Assembly: GCA_937948815.1 (NCBI GenBank)
Contig: CALFAM010000201.1
Coordinates: 4,176 to 68,175 of the forward strand
Length of the DNA stretch: 64,000 nucleotides
Origin: an uncultured bacterium
GTDB lineage: Bacteria > Acidobacteriota > Thermoanaerobaculia > Multivoradales > J023
Direction: 5' to 3'
Position numbers and translations under genes: made by a program. Of the stretch, positions 19,880 to 31,891 are shown in pieces; position 1 is the stretch's first letter; the number at the start of each line of letters is the position of its first letter. A model generated the notes under the pieces. It made no database searches. It saw only the letters and a program-made list of their open reading frames with translations, and was not told the origin of the DNA.

Positions 19880-20773
19880 ATGAAACGGTACCAAGACATT
19901 GTCGGCGATGGCGGCTCGGGCGTCATCGCTCAGGTAACGGCTCAGCAGCAGGCAATCGAAGCCGCGCTCGCTGGGGTGAAGTGCCGCGTGGCGATCGCAT
20001 CGGGTAAAGGCGGGGTCGGCAAGTCGACCGCAACCATGATGCTGGCCCAGGGACTGGTGGCCACGGGCCGGTCGGTGGCGATCCTCGATGCCGATCTCAA
20101 CGGTCCTTGTCAGGCGCAGATGGCCGGGCTCGAGGGGGCGCCATGGGTTCCGGGCCGCGACGGCTTGGCCCTGCCTTGTCGCCCCGATGGGCTCGGTGTG
20201 GTCAGCTTCGGGAGCTTTCTCGAGCGCGCTGCGACCACGTCCTATGCCACGGTCGCCACCGGCGATGACCACGTCTGGCGCGCGACCCGTGAGTTCGCGA
20301 CCCTGGGTCAGCTGGTCGCCGCCGTCGATTGGGGCAAGCTCGATGTGCTCTTGGTGGACCTGCCCCCCGGCGCCGATCGCGCGGCGCAGTTCGCATCGTT
20401 CCTGGGGCCCGCTGCCGCCTTCGTGGTGGTGACCATCCCGAGCGATCTGGCACGGGGCGTGGTTTCGCGTTCGATCACTGCACTGCGGGACGCGAATGCC
20501 AGATTGCTCGGCTACCTCGAGAACATGGTGGGCTATCACAACCGAGCGACCGGCGAGATCCTGCCGCTGTTCCCACCCTCGGAAAGGTCGCAAGATCTTC
20601 AAGCAGGTGTCTCGGCACCCGTACCGTTGCCGTGTCTGGGGCAGCTACCATTCGATCCGGAGGTTGCTCGGTGGTGCGATCAAGGCTGGCCCGCGGACGC
20701 GCTCGAGCAGGTTCGCATCCCCGGTGCACGCGAGGCAGCCGACAGATTGGTCGAATCCCTGGAGGCTTCATGA
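19880..20773 (+). CDS. Mrp/NBP35/ParA-family P-loop ATPase (no C-terminal CxxC motif)
   Basis: Deviant Walker A SGKGGVGKST. ENM is present, but the usual Mrp/ApbC Fe-S CxxC pair is absent (ENMVGYHNRATGEILPLF). Confidence 0.7.
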   Translation: MKRYQDIVGDGGSGVIAQVTAQQQAIEAALAGVKCRVAIASGKGGVGKSTATMMLAQGLVATGRSVAILDADLNGPCQAQMAGLEGAPWVPGRDGLALPCRPDGLGVVSFGSFLERAATTSYATVATGDDHVWRATREFATLGQLVAAVDWGKLDVLLVDLPPGADRAAQFASFLGPAAAFVVVTIPSDLARGVVSRSITALRDANARLLGYLENMVGYHNRATGEILPLFPPSERSQDLQAGVSAPVPLPCLGQLPFDPEVARWCDQGWPADALEQVRIPGAREAADRLVESLEAS

Positions 20774-20786
20774 ATCAGGAGGCCGC

Positions 20787-21209
20787 GTGAAATTCTTGTG
20801 CATCGTTTGCGATACCGCGATGAAGCTCGAGCGCACCGAAGGGCCCGACGAAGGTTCGATCACCGCGGTCTTCGAGTGCCCAGACTGCTTCCATCAGATT
20901 GCTATGCTGACCAACCCGATGGAAACCCAAGCGGTCACCTCTCTCGGCATCTCGATCGCGCCTGGAGCGGGTGATCGCGCTGCGCAGGGCGGATGTCCGT
21001 TCTCGGGCATGGTCACGGAGATGGAGAAGTCGGCCGAGGGCGAGAGCATTCGCTGGTCGGAGGGTGCGCGGGCGCGTCTCGAGGGGATCCCGATCTACAT
21101 TCGTCCGATGGCACAGCAAGGCATCGAGCAGTTCGCAGTCGAGCAAGGATTCACGGAAATCAACGAGTCGGTCATGGACGCAGCGCGCGAGCGCTTCAAT
21201 TTGGAATGA
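20787..21209 (+). CDS. Small zinc-ribbon protein with a PCP_red-like (protochlorophyllide reductase ChlB C-terminal-like) domain
   Basis: GTG start. Two CxxC pairs (CIVCDT..CPDCFHQ). C-terminal region ..IRWSEGARARLEGIPIYIRPMAQQGIEQFAVEQGFTEINESVMDAARE resembles the C-terminal extension of the radical SAM protein at 32797. Confidence 0.5.
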   Translation: MKFLCIVCDTAMKLERTEGPDEGSITAVFECPDCFHQIAMLTNPMETQAVTSLGISIAPGAGDRAAQGGCPFSGMVTEMEKSAEGESIRWSEGARARLEGIPIYIRPMAQQGIEQFAVEQGFTEINESVMDAARERFNLE

Positions 21210-21226
21210 AAGAAGGATCGCCCACT

Positions 21227-22528
21227 ATGGATCGCGGCCTCGTCGAGCTCGCTTCGGACCTACGGTCCGGGGAGCTGCCCCTCACAACCTACCTAGATTC
21301 CCTCGAAGAGCGCTTCACCGAACGGGAAGGCAGTCTGCATGCCTGGGTGGAAGAGCCGGAGCGATTCGCGCGGCTACGCCAAGACGCCGAGACGCTCGCG
21401 TCCCGGTTCGAAGACCCGACAACGCGTCCCGCGCTTTTCGGCGTGCCCGTCGGCGTCAAGGACATCTTTCACGTCGACGGCTTCGCGACGAAGGCGGGCA
21501 GCCAGCTGCCGGCCGACGCCCTCGCAGGCAAGGAGGGCCCCGTCGTCAGCAAGCTGCGCGCCGCGGGTGCCTTGATTCTCGGCAAGACCGCAACCACCGA
21601 GTTTGCCTACTTCGCGCCTGGGCCGACGTGCAATCCGCACAACGAAGCGCACACGCCGGGTGGCTCGTCGAGCGGCTCGGCCGCAGCGGTCGCTGCTGGC
21701 ATGACGCCCCTGGCCTTGGGTAGTCAGACGATCGGTTCGATCAACCGGCCGGCGGCCTACTGTGGTGTATTCGGATTCAAGCCGAGCTTCGGCCGGGTCT
21801 CGACAGAGGGGATGATTCCCCTCGCGCCTTCCTACGACCATGTTGGCTGGTTTGCCAGCGATGTCGCGGGCATCGCTCACGCAGGCTCGGTCTGGGTGGA
21901 TGGCTGGGAGGCCTCCAAGGCGCTCGCCGAGCTAGGCGATGATCAACGTCCGACCCTTGGCGTGCTCGAAGGGCCGTACCTCGATGCGGTGGCCAGTGAC
22001 GGGCGACGCCAGCTCGACGAGACTACGGCCTGGCTCGGGCAGTGCGGATTCGAGGTCAAGCGTGTGCACGGGCTCGATGACTTCGAAGACGTCCAGACGC
22101 GTCATCGCCGATTGCTTGCAGCGGAAGCGGCGCAGGCACACCAGAAGTGGTTCGATGCCCACGGCGATCTCTATCGCGACGAAACCGCGTCGTTGATTCG
22201 GCGCGGGAAAGCGGTGCCGGGCGCGGAGCTGGACACCATGCGCGCCGGGCGCTCGACCTTGCGAGCGATCTTCGAATTCACCATGGAGAACGAAGAGATC
22301 GACGTCTGGATAGCGCCCTCGGCTCCGGGTGCCGCCCCGGCGGGGCTCGATTCGACCGGCGATCCCGTGATGAGTCTGCCGTGGACCCATGCCGGCATGC
22401 CGTCGATCTCGATCCCCGAAGGCGAGAATGACGAGGGTCTACCGCTGGCGGTCCAGCTCGTCGCGCGTCATGGGAGCGACGAATCACTCATGGCGTGGGC
22501 GGCAGCGGTTTCTCGGGCGCTCGACTGA
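21227..22528 (+). CDS. Amidase-signature (AS) family amidase
   Basis: GGSSSGSAAAVAAG glycine/serine-rich AS motif. Reads GVPVGVKDIFHVDGFATKAGS near the N-terminus, placing the conserved Lys, and has a Ser-cisSer-Lys triad region. Confidence 0.8.
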   Translation: MDRGLVELASDLRSGELPLTTYLDSLEERFTEREGSLHAWVEEPERFARLRQDAETLASRFEDPTTRPALFGVPVGVKDIFHVDGFATKAGSQLPADALAGKEGPVVSKLRAAGALILGKTATTEFAYFAPGPTCNPHNEAHTPGGSSSGSAAAVAAGMTPLALGSQTIGSINRPAAYCGVFGFKPSFGRVSTEGMIPLAPSYDHVGWFASDVAGIAHAGSVWVDGWEASKALAELGDDQRPTLGVLEGPYLDAVASDGRRQLDETTAWLGQCGFEVKRVHGLDDFEDVQTRHRRLLAAEAAQAHQKWFDAHGDLYRDETASLIRRGKAVPGAELDTMRAGRSTLRAIFEFTMENEEIDVWIAPSAPGAAPAGLDSTGDPVMSLPWTHAGMPSISIPEGENDEGLPLAVQLVARHGSDESLMAWAAAVSRALD

Positions 22529-22573
22529 GCGAGCCGATCCAAGACTGTTATGCCCCGCCCCGACACTCACGGC

Positions 22574-24322
22574 ATGATCCTGAGTCATCGCCTGCGGCGC
22601 GGGGCCTATCTGGATTCCATCGTCCTCATGCAGCTTCAGGTGGCGCTGCGCGCCGAGCCTGGCATCGAGGACTGCTCGGCGGTCATGGCGACCGCTGCCA
22701 ACCTGTCCTTGCTCGCCGCCAGCGACATGCTGCCGGAAGGGCTCGAGGCCACGGGCGCGGATGATCTGCTGCTGGTGGTCCGGGCTGTCGACAGCGTTGC
22801 CGGAGAGTCGGCTCTCGACCGGGTCGATGAGCTGCTGGGTCAACGAACCTCGGCGAGCCACGAGGACGATCTGCCGGCTCCTTTCAGCGTGCGCGAAGCT
22901 TGTCGACGTCTGCCGGACGCTCGGTGGGCAGCCATCTCGGTTCCGGGTCGTTGGGCATCGCGGGTCGCACACGATGCGCTCGAGGCCGGTCTCGACATCT
23001 TCCTGTACAGCGACAATGTCTCGGTGGCGGACGAGCGCCTGCTCAAGCGCCGTGCCGCGGCGCGGGGCCGCTTGGTGCTCGGGCCGGACTGCGGCACGGC
23101 CATCCTGGGCGGCATCGGCTTCGGCTTTGCCAATCGGGTTCGGGCCGGCTGCATCGGTCTGGTAGGAGCTTCGGGAACGGGTCTTCAGGCGATCACCAGT
23201 CGAATCGACGATCTCGGTGCCGGCGTCTCGCACGCGATCGGAATCGGTGGCCGGGATCTCTCGCGCGAGATTGGTGGTGCTTCGGCCCTGGCAGCGCTTC
23301 GCTTGCTGGCAGCGGATCCGGCGACTCAGGTCGTCGTCCTGGTCTCGAAGCCACCGGATGCCGCCGTGGCCCGCGCGCTGGTGACAGCAGCGCGGGCGGT
23401 CCCCAAGCCGGTCGTAATCTGCTTCCTCGGCACCATACCGCCGGTGGCCAGGGTGACCAATCTGAACTTCGCCGCGGGCCTCGAGCAAGCAGCAGACCTC
23501 GCTGTATCGCTGGCCGCGGACGAGGAGAAGGCGGCGGTGACCGTCACCTCGCGTACGACCATGCCCTGCCGGCTGCCGGCAGCGCCCGGTGGCTTCTTGC
23601 GTGCGCTCTTCGCCGGCGGCACCCTGGCACTCGAAACCCTTGCGCAGCTACGCTTCTTCCTGCCGCTGCGGGCCAACCTCTCGCTCGAGGGGGTCGAAGC
23701 AATCGACGACCCGTCGACGAGCACGGGTCACACCGTGCTCGATATGGGTGACGACACCCTGACCGTTGGCCGTTTGCATCCGATGATCGATCCTGACCTG
23801 CGCCTGCGACGGTTGCAGATCGAAGCAGCGGACGTCACCGTGTCGACGATCCTGCTCGACGTCGTACTCGGCACTGGTTCGGAGGCGGATCCCGCCGAGC
23901 GTTTGGCGCCGGCCATTCAGGAGATCCGGGCGCGGCGTGCCGATCTCGAGATCCTCGTCGTGGTGGTCGGGACCGAGGATGATCCACAGGGCCGCAGGGA
24001 CCAGATCGACCGACTCGCCGCAGCGGGCGCCCACGTATTCGAGCGGCTCGGTCCGGCGCTCGAAGCCATCGTCCGGCGCACGGCCGCGAGCCCCGCTTTC
24101 GACCCACAGCCCGACGCGGCGCCCGTGGCTGCCGAGCCCACACCGCTCGGTCCGCCACAGGTGATCAACGTCGGGCTCGAGTCGTTCCACCAGAGCTTCG
24201 TCGCTCAGGGCGCGCCTGCTGTGCACGTCGCCTGGCGCCCGCCGGCGGGCGGGGATGCCCGGCTCTTGGCCCTTCTCGACGTGCTGGCCTCTGATCAGCC
24301 TGCCCCCGACGTGTCTGCCTAG
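22574..24322 (+). CDS. fdrA: FdrA family protein (succinyl-CoA-synthetase-alpha-like, CoA-binding)
   Basis: N-terminus MILSHRLRRGAYLDSIVLMQLQ parallels E. coli FdrA. Tandem CoA-binding/ligase-CoA-like domains. Confidence 0.65.
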   Translation: MILSHRLRRGAYLDSIVLMQLQVALRAEPGIEDCSAVMATAANLSLLAASDMLPEGLEATGADDLLLVVRAVDSVAGESALDRVDELLGQRTSASHEDDLPAPFSVREACRRLPDARWAAISVPGRWASRVAHDALEAGLDIFLYSDNVSVADERLLKRRAAARGRLVLGPDCGTAILGGIGFGFANRVRAGCIGLVGASGTGLQAITSRIDDLGAGVSHAIGIGGRDLSREIGGASALAALRLLAADPATQVVVLVSKPPDAAVARALVTAARAVPKPVVICFLGTIPPVARVTNLNFAAGLEQAADLAVSLAADEEKAAVTVTSRTTMPCRLPAAPGGFLRALFAGGTLALETLAQLRFFLPLRANLSLEGVEAIDDPSTSTGHTVLDMGDDTLTVGRLHPMIDPDLRLRRLQIEAADVTVSTILLDVVLGTGSEADPAERLAPAIQEIRARRADLEILVVVVGTEDDPQGRRDQIDRLAAAGAHVFERLGPALEAIVRRTAASPAFDPQPDAAPVAAEPTPLGPPQVINVGLESFHQSFVAQGAPAVHVAWRPPAGGDARLLALLDVLASDQPAPDVSA

Positions 24323-24342
24323 GAGCCTGCGGAGAGATCGCC

Positions 24343-25638
24343 ATGAACGACGACGCTACCGAGGCCACGCGGCCGAATATCGACGAAGCCAACCGAACAG
24401 CCGTTGGGCGTATGGTCGCGTCACGACCCCGGCTGGTCGATGTGGCAACGGCCGGTGATGTGATTCCCGGGTTGACCAAGGATCTGCTGCTGCATGCTGG
24501 GCCGCCGATTGCGTGGCCACGAATGTCCGGCCCGTTGCGCGGCGCCATCATCGGTGCCTTGATCTTCGAGGGTCTGGCCCAAGACGCCGACGAGGCCGCG
24601 GAGCTGGCGGCCTCGGGAGATATCCGTTTCGCGCCCTGCCACGATCATCAAACGGTCGGCCCGATGGCCGGGGTGGTGTCGTCGTCGATGGCAGTCTGGG
24701 TGGTCGAGGACGACACCCACGGCGGGCAGACCTTTTCGACGCTCAACGAGGGCTACGGCAAGGTGCTGCGCTACGGCGCCTATGACGACGAGGTCTTGGA
24801 TCGGCTGCGTTTCCTGAACGGCACCATGGCGCCGATGCTGTCGTCGGCGCTGTCGAAGGGCGACGCGGGGGGCGGCGAGGCGATCGACCTTCGTGCCCTG
24901 CTCGCCGAAGCCCTCCACATGGGCGACGAAGGACACAACCGCAACAAAGCTGGCTCGATCCTTCTCGCCACCAGGTTGGCACCGGCGCTGGTTCGCGTCG
25001 CACGAGACGCCACAGGCGATGCGCTGGCTCGGGTTCTTGCCTTCCTGGGCGAGAACGCGCTGTCCGTGCTCAATCCCGTGATGGCTGCGGCCAAGGCGAT
25101 GGCCGATGCCGCGCATGATGTGCCTGGTTCCACCGTGGTCAGCACCATGGCGCGCAACGGCACCGAGTTCGGCATCCGCGTATCCGGGCTCGGCAATCGT
25201 TGGTTCACCGCGCCCTGCGCCACACCGCAAGGGCTCTACTTCGCAGGCTTCTCGGCGGACGACGCCAACCCCGATATCGGCGATTCGACGATCACCGAGA
25301 CCGCGGGCTTCGGTGCCTTTGCCATGGCCGCGGCGCCCGCCATCGTGCGCTTCGTGTCGGGCGCGCCCCGCGATGCGATCGCAGCGACCCTCGAGATGTA
25401 CGAGATCACCGTCGGCGAGCACGATCACTTCACCATTCCGCCTCTCGACTTCCGCGGCACCCCTGTGGGGATCGACATTCGCCGTGTGGTCGAGCTCGGC
25501 ATCACGCCGCGGGTCAACACCGGTATCGCCCACAAAGAAGCCGGAATCGGCCAGATCGGTGCTGGGCTGGTCCGCCCCCCGATGGCGCTTTTCGAAGAAG
25601 CCCTCGAAGCCTTCGCCGAGCAGCACCTCCGCGCATGA
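24343..25638 (+). CDS. DUF1116 family protein (YlbE-like; usual partner of FdrA in oxamate/ureide catabolic clusters)
   Basis: Sits directly downstream of fdrA, as in known clusters, and is ~430 aa. Assigned by context and overall similarity; I see no individual diagnostic motif. Confidence 0.55.
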   Translation: MNDDATEATRPNIDEANRTAVGRMVASRPRLVDVATAGDVIPGLTKDLLLHAGPPIAWPRMSGPLRGAIIGALIFEGLAQDADEAAELAASGDIRFAPCHDHQTVGPMAGVVSSSMAVWVVEDDTHGGQTFSTLNEGYGKVLRYGAYDDEVLDRLRFLNGTMAPMLSSALSKGDAGGGEAIDLRALLAEALHMGDEGHNRNKAGSILLATRLAPALVRVARDATGDALARVLAFLGENALSVLNPVMAAAKAMADAAHDVPGSTVVSTMARNGTEFGIRVSGLGNRWFTAPCATPQGLYFAGFSADDANPDIGDSTITETAGFGAFAMAAAPAIVRFVSGAPRDAIAATLEMYEITVGEHDHFTIPPLDFRGTPVGIDIRRVVELGITPRVNTGIAHKEAGIGQIGAGLVRPPMALFEEALEAFAEQHLRA

Positions 25639-25668
25639 CGATCGCGGCGAGCGTCTTGCTACAGACGG

Positions 25669-26244
25669 CTAAGTGTCGGTGTGCTCGAATCGAGAGATCT
25701 GGAAGATGGCGAAGAAGCCGAGTGCGACAACATTGATGCCAAAGTAGCTCGCCGGTAGCTCGAGATTCCAGCCGAGTGCTGTTGCCGGGCTGAAGGCCCA
25801 GTCCGAACCGAAGCGCCCATCGGACCACAAGAAGTAGAAGCCGCCGGTCAAGAGCACCTGGTACATGCAGGTGAAGGCCTGGAAATAGGGAATCTGCATC
25901 GCCCAGACGATGCGGGACAACACCAGCCCCGCCGGGTGTCGAATCCATACGAACCAGCAGCCAACCATCGCCAGGCAGGCGAATAGGTACGAGATGACGT
26001 TCGGGATCAACTGATAGGAATCAGCCGACTCGAAGAGACTCGATGAGCCCCGCGTGTGGGTCCACCAGTTGAGAATGAGCCTGATCGCCAAGTAGGCGCC
26101 GGCCACGCCTTGCAGCGTGGCGATCAGGCGCAGTATGCCGATCGGCGCAGAATCAGCCTGCGGTGCTGCGCCTTCGGAGGGTGGCTCCTTCGGTGATCGG
26201 TCGATCTCGCGATGATCCGATGAAGATCTTCCGTCTTCACTCAT
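25669..26244 (-). CDS. Hypothetical integral membrane protein (191 aa)
   Basis: C-terminal third of the 688-aa minus-strand ORF. Several hydrophobic helices rich in W/F/Y. The upstream 2/3 of that ORF is antisense to glnS and was discarded. Confidence 0.45.
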   Translation of the reverse strand: MSEDGRSSSDHREIDRSPKEPPSEGAAPQADSAPIGILRLIATLQGVAGAYLAIRLILNWWTHTRGSSSLFESADSYQLIPNVISYLFACLAMVGCWFVWIRHPAGLVLSRIVWAMQIPYFQAFTCMYQVLLTGGFYFLWSDGRFGSDWAFSPATALGWNLELPASYFGINVVALGFFAIFQISRFEHTDT

Positions 26245-26457
26245 GGGCTGCCAGCAATGATATCCCGACGGATTGTGCTCGCTGCGCAGCCGGTCGATGG
26301 CGTGGCGATGGCGTGGCGATGGCTTAGCGATTCGGTCGATCGACCGTGGAGGCCCAACGAAATCGCGGCGAGCGAGTTGGATCAGATCGTTGGATTCCGC
26401 CGCGTCCTTGCTATAGCCTGACCGCTTTCCCGCGTGGGTGCGGGGTAGGAGCGCATC

Positions 26458-28866
<2,409 letters not shown>

Positions 28867-28897
28867 GCTGGGCCGTACGCGGCCGAGGTGAAACACT

Positions 28898-29443
28898 GTG
28901 ACGCCTGCGATCCATGTCCGTCTGGCAGTAGAGGGTGACCTTCCTGCCTTGCCGGCCATCGAGCGCCGTGCCGGCGAGCGGTTTCGAGCCCTCGGGGTCC
29001 AGGAAGCGATGCTCGCCGATGTCACCACCCCCGAAGAGCTGGCGTCCGCGTTCCGAGCTGGGTTGCTCTGGGTGGCCCACGTGTCTGCGACCAGTACAGG
29101 CCCTGGCGGAGAGATCGTCGGCTTTGCCTATTGCGAGACGCTCGGCAAGGATCTGCTGCTCGGTGAGCTGGATGTGGTTCCGGAGTACGGACGGCGCGGC
29201 ATCGGTGCGAGCCTGGTTCGGCAAGTGTGTGCAGCCGGACGCGACCGCGGCTATGGCGCGGTCATCCTGACGACCTTCCGTCGTGTTCCCTGGAACGCAC
29301 CGTTCTATGCGCGAATGGGTTTTGTTTGGCTGCCGCGCGGCGCATGGTCGACCGAGGTCGGTGAACTGGTCGCGCAGGAAGAAGCCGCAGGCTTGCGCGC
29401 AGCCGATCGGATCGTCATGCGCTTCGCCCTGGCCGACGATTGA
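28898..29443 (+). CDS. GNAT family N-acetyltransferase
   Basis: Acetyl-CoA-binding motif ..RRGIGASLVRQV.. and typical GNAT length. GTG start. Confidence 0.65.
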   Translation: MTPAIHVRLAVEGDLPALPAIERRAGERFRALGVQEAMLADVTTPEELASAFRAGLLWVAHVSATSTGPGGEIVGFAYCETLGKDLLLGELDVVPEYGRRGIGASLVRQVCAAGRDRGYGAVILTTFRRVPWNAPFYARMGFVWLPRGAWSTEVGELVAQEEAAGLRAADRIVMRFALADD

Positions 29444-29483
29444 GATCGCGCCAACGTCTCGACGGGCGGGTCAGACGGGCGGA

Positions 29484-29984
29484 TCAGTCGTCCTGACTGG
29501 TCGCCTCGGGGTCGCCACCGCCGAAGACCTGGCGGGCTTTGTCGCGCAAGCGCTCTTGGGCCGCTTCGACATCGCTGAGGGCACCGCGAAGCTGCTCGAG
29601 CTCGTCGACGCGCACAGCGAGTCCCTCGCGAATGAACAGCGCAGCGGCCTCCGAGCGACTCTTGACCGCGCCGGTCTTGACCCAGGCGTCGAGCTGATCG
29701 CGCGTATCGTCGTCCACACGCACCATCACGACCTGGTCGCGTGGTGACTCCTTCATCTTGTCGGCACTCGACTTGAGATCCGGCGGCACGCAGACCACCT
29801 TGATCCCGCCGCGTTTCGAGCCGAAGTCGACGTTGATGTCCTCGAGGTCGGCGAGTCCCAGGTCTTCCAGATCTTCGAATTGGTTGATGCCGATGTAGAC
29901 GCCCTTCTCGGCCAGCCGAGCTCGCAGGCGCTCCCAAACACTCGTTGGCTTCTTAGTCTCTTCTGATTCCATGCTGCGCTCCAC
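29484..29984 (-). CDS. Hypothetical protein (acidic; possible ribbon-helix-helix-like segment)
   Basis: 166-aa ORF. KSRSEAAALFIREGL resembles RHH/CopG-type DNA-binding segments. An AT-rich element with repeated TGTAATTG lies just upstream. Confidence 0.4.
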   Translation of the reverse strand: MERSMESEETKKPTSVWERLRARLAEKGVYIGINQFEDLEDLGLADLEDINVDFGSKRGGIKVVCVPPDLKSSADKMKESPRDQVVMVRVDDDTRDQLDAWVKTGAVKSRSEAAALFIREGLAVRVDELEQLRGALSDVEAAQERLRDKARQVFGGGDPEATSQDD

Positions 29985-30072
29985 GTCGTTGCAAGTGAGG
30001 TTTCTGTAATTGTGTAATTGTATTACGTGGATTCGCGCAATAACGTTTCATGACTTGGCGAGGCTGTCGAAG

Positions 30073-30657
30073 CTAGCCTTGTTCGGCTCGCGGATCGAGC
30101 GAAGTCTCCTGGTAAAGGGTCGGGTTCTTGAAGGGGATCAGAGCCAGGCAGACGGCATGGGTATAGAGCTCGGCGCGGTCGATCGCGCCGCCTGTCAGCA
30201 GGCCGACGGCGCCACCCTTACGCTTCGAGTCCTGGTCGCCGAAGACCTTGTCGTCTGCGACGCCGAGCTCGTCTCCAGCTCGCACGAGCTCGGCGATTCG
30301 CGGCGGTAGGGCGAATGCTGCACTACGACTGGCGACGTTGTAGCTGCCCGGGCCGCGCACCGAGATCCAGGCAAACGCGCACATCGATCCGCCTTGGTCC
30401 TCGATGCCACCTTCGATCCCGAGCCAGTAGTCCGCGTCAGGAAAGCGCGCCTGGGCAGCTGCCGCGCGGTTTTCGGCGCCGCGGCGTGTCTCTTCGTCGG
30501 ACAGAGGTTGCTCCGCGACACCCGACGGCACAGCGATCCCGCGCACCACGCAGGATCGATCCGGGAACAGCCGGCAATAGCCCATCTGGGCCGCCCGTAG
30601 CTTGACGGGGTTCTTGGACGCGACGACGAGCGCAGCAGGAGGTGAAGCTTGTTCCAT
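30073..30657 (-). CDS. Non-canonical purine NTP phosphatase (YjjX/DUF84-like, Maf/Ham1 superfamily)
   Basis: VVASKNPVKLRAAQ.. at the N-terminus and GIEGGIEDQ.. are characteristic of the inosine/xanthosine triphosphatase family. Confidence 0.6.
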   Translation of the reverse strand: MEQASPPAALVVASKNPVKLRAAQMGYCRLFPDRSCVVRGIAVPSGVAEQPLSDEETRRGAENRAAAAQARFPDADYWLGIEGGIEDQGGSMCAFAWISVRGPGSYNVASRSAAFALPPRIAELVRAGDELGVADDKVFGDQDSKRKGGAVGLLTGGAIDRAELYTHAVCLALIPFKNPTLYQETSLDPRAEQG

Positions 30658-30781
30658 CAGAAGATTCTACGGGCCGAACTCCTCGAGCCGAATTCCTTGA
30701 CCACGTGGGGTAAGAGAATCCCGGGCCGTCGCGTCCAACGATCGAAGGTGACAAAAACATCCAAGATCAGGAGATGCGACC

Positions 30782-31150
30782 ATGTCCACGACAATCGATC
30801 CAGCAGCCAACCAGACGGCCACGTTGACGAGCGCCCCCACCATCGATGACCAGAGCTTCGAGCGCGAGGTGCTCGCCGCCGACACGCCCGTTCTGGTCGA
30901 CTTCTATGCCGATTGGTGCGGCCCGTGTCGGACCATGCTGCCCGTGGTCGACGATCTGGCTGGCGAGCTCGCGGGGCAGGTCAAAGTCGTGAAGGCCAAC
31001 ATCGATACGGCTCCGCAAGCCGCGGCGCGATTTGGCGTCCGGGCGGTGCCGACCTTCGCGGTCGTCCATCGCGGGACCGTGCAGTCAAGGATCACCGGTG
31101 CCCGGCCCAAGTCCGATTTGCTGGCAGCCGTCACGCCGCTGATCCGTTGA
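30782..31150 (+). CDS. trxA: Thioredoxin
   Basis: WCGPC active site in VLVDFYADWCGPCRTM; 122 aa. Confidence 0.85.
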   Translation: MSTTIDPAANQTATLTSAPTIDDQSFEREVLAADTPVLVDFYADWCGPCRTMLPVVDDLAGELAGQVKVVKANIDTAPQAAARFGVRAVPTFAVVHRGTVQSRITGARPKSDLLAAVTPLIR

Positions 31151-31205
31151 AGTAGTCTTACCGAGGCATCCGGTGAACGGATGCTTCGGTAAGATCGAGC
31201 CTCGA

Positions 31206-31883
31206 ATGAGCAAGACCCTGGACCGCACCGCACAGAGCTCCAGTCCGATCGACGGAAGCGCACAGCGCCGGAAAGCCCGAAGCAATTCGGCCTGGCTCGA
31301 TGATCTGCGCTCGACGGACGAACGTCAGCAGCAGGCACTCGATGATCTGCGTCGGCTGTTGTTCCGGGGTCTGGCAGCGAGCTTCCGGTCCGATCGCCGC
31401 ATCGATGATTCGTTCTTGGAAGACGCGGCCCAGGACGCGCTTCTGCGTATTCTCGAGCGTCTGGACAGCTTTCGTGGCGACAGTCAGTTCTCGACCTGGG
31501 CAATGTCGATCGCGGTCCGGACGGCGATCAGCGAGCTGCGCCGCCGGCGCTGGCGGGATGTTTCCCTCGACCAGGTGACGTCCGACGGCGCGCTCGATCC
31601 TGACCGTGCTGTCGATGACCGTGCAGACGCCGCGCGCACGTCCGAGCAGCGTGCCATCCTGCAGGCCCTGAGCAAGCTGATCGCGACAGCGCTTTCTGAC
31701 CGACAGCGCGACGCGATCGTCGGTGAGCTCCGTGGGATGCCGTCAGCAGAAGTTGCGCGCCGCACCGGAAGCAACCGCAACGCGATCTACAAGCTCACGC
31801 ACGACGCGCGAAAGCGTCTGCGGCACGGGCTCGAGCAGCAAGGCTTTGCTGCCGACGCGATTCGTTCCGCATTCGGTGCTTAG
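31206..31883 (+). CDS. ECF-type RNA polymerase sigma factor
   Basis: Region 2 (DAAQDALLRILERLDSF..FSTWAMSIAVRTAISELRRR) and region 4 (LSDRQRDAIVGELRGMPSAEVARRTGSNRNAIYKLTHDARKRLR). Start ambiguous between 31173 and 31206. Confidence 0.7.
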   Translation: MSKTLDRTAQSSSPIDGSAQRRKARSNSAWLDDLRSTDERQQQALDDLRRLLFRGLAASFRSDRRIDDSFLEDAAQDALLRILERLDSFRGDSQFSTWAMSIAVRTAISELRRRRWRDVSLDQVTSDGALDPDRAVDDRADAARTSEQRAILQALSKLIATALSDRQRDAIVGELRGMPSAEVARRTGSNRNAIYKLTHDARKRLRHGLEQQGFAADAIRSAFGA

Positions 31884-31891
31884 GAGGACAC

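Noticed and set aside
18752-20602. 616-aa minus-strand ORF
   Set aside because: Antisense to the ureohydrolase and Mrp-like ATPase genes, which have clear catalytic motifs.
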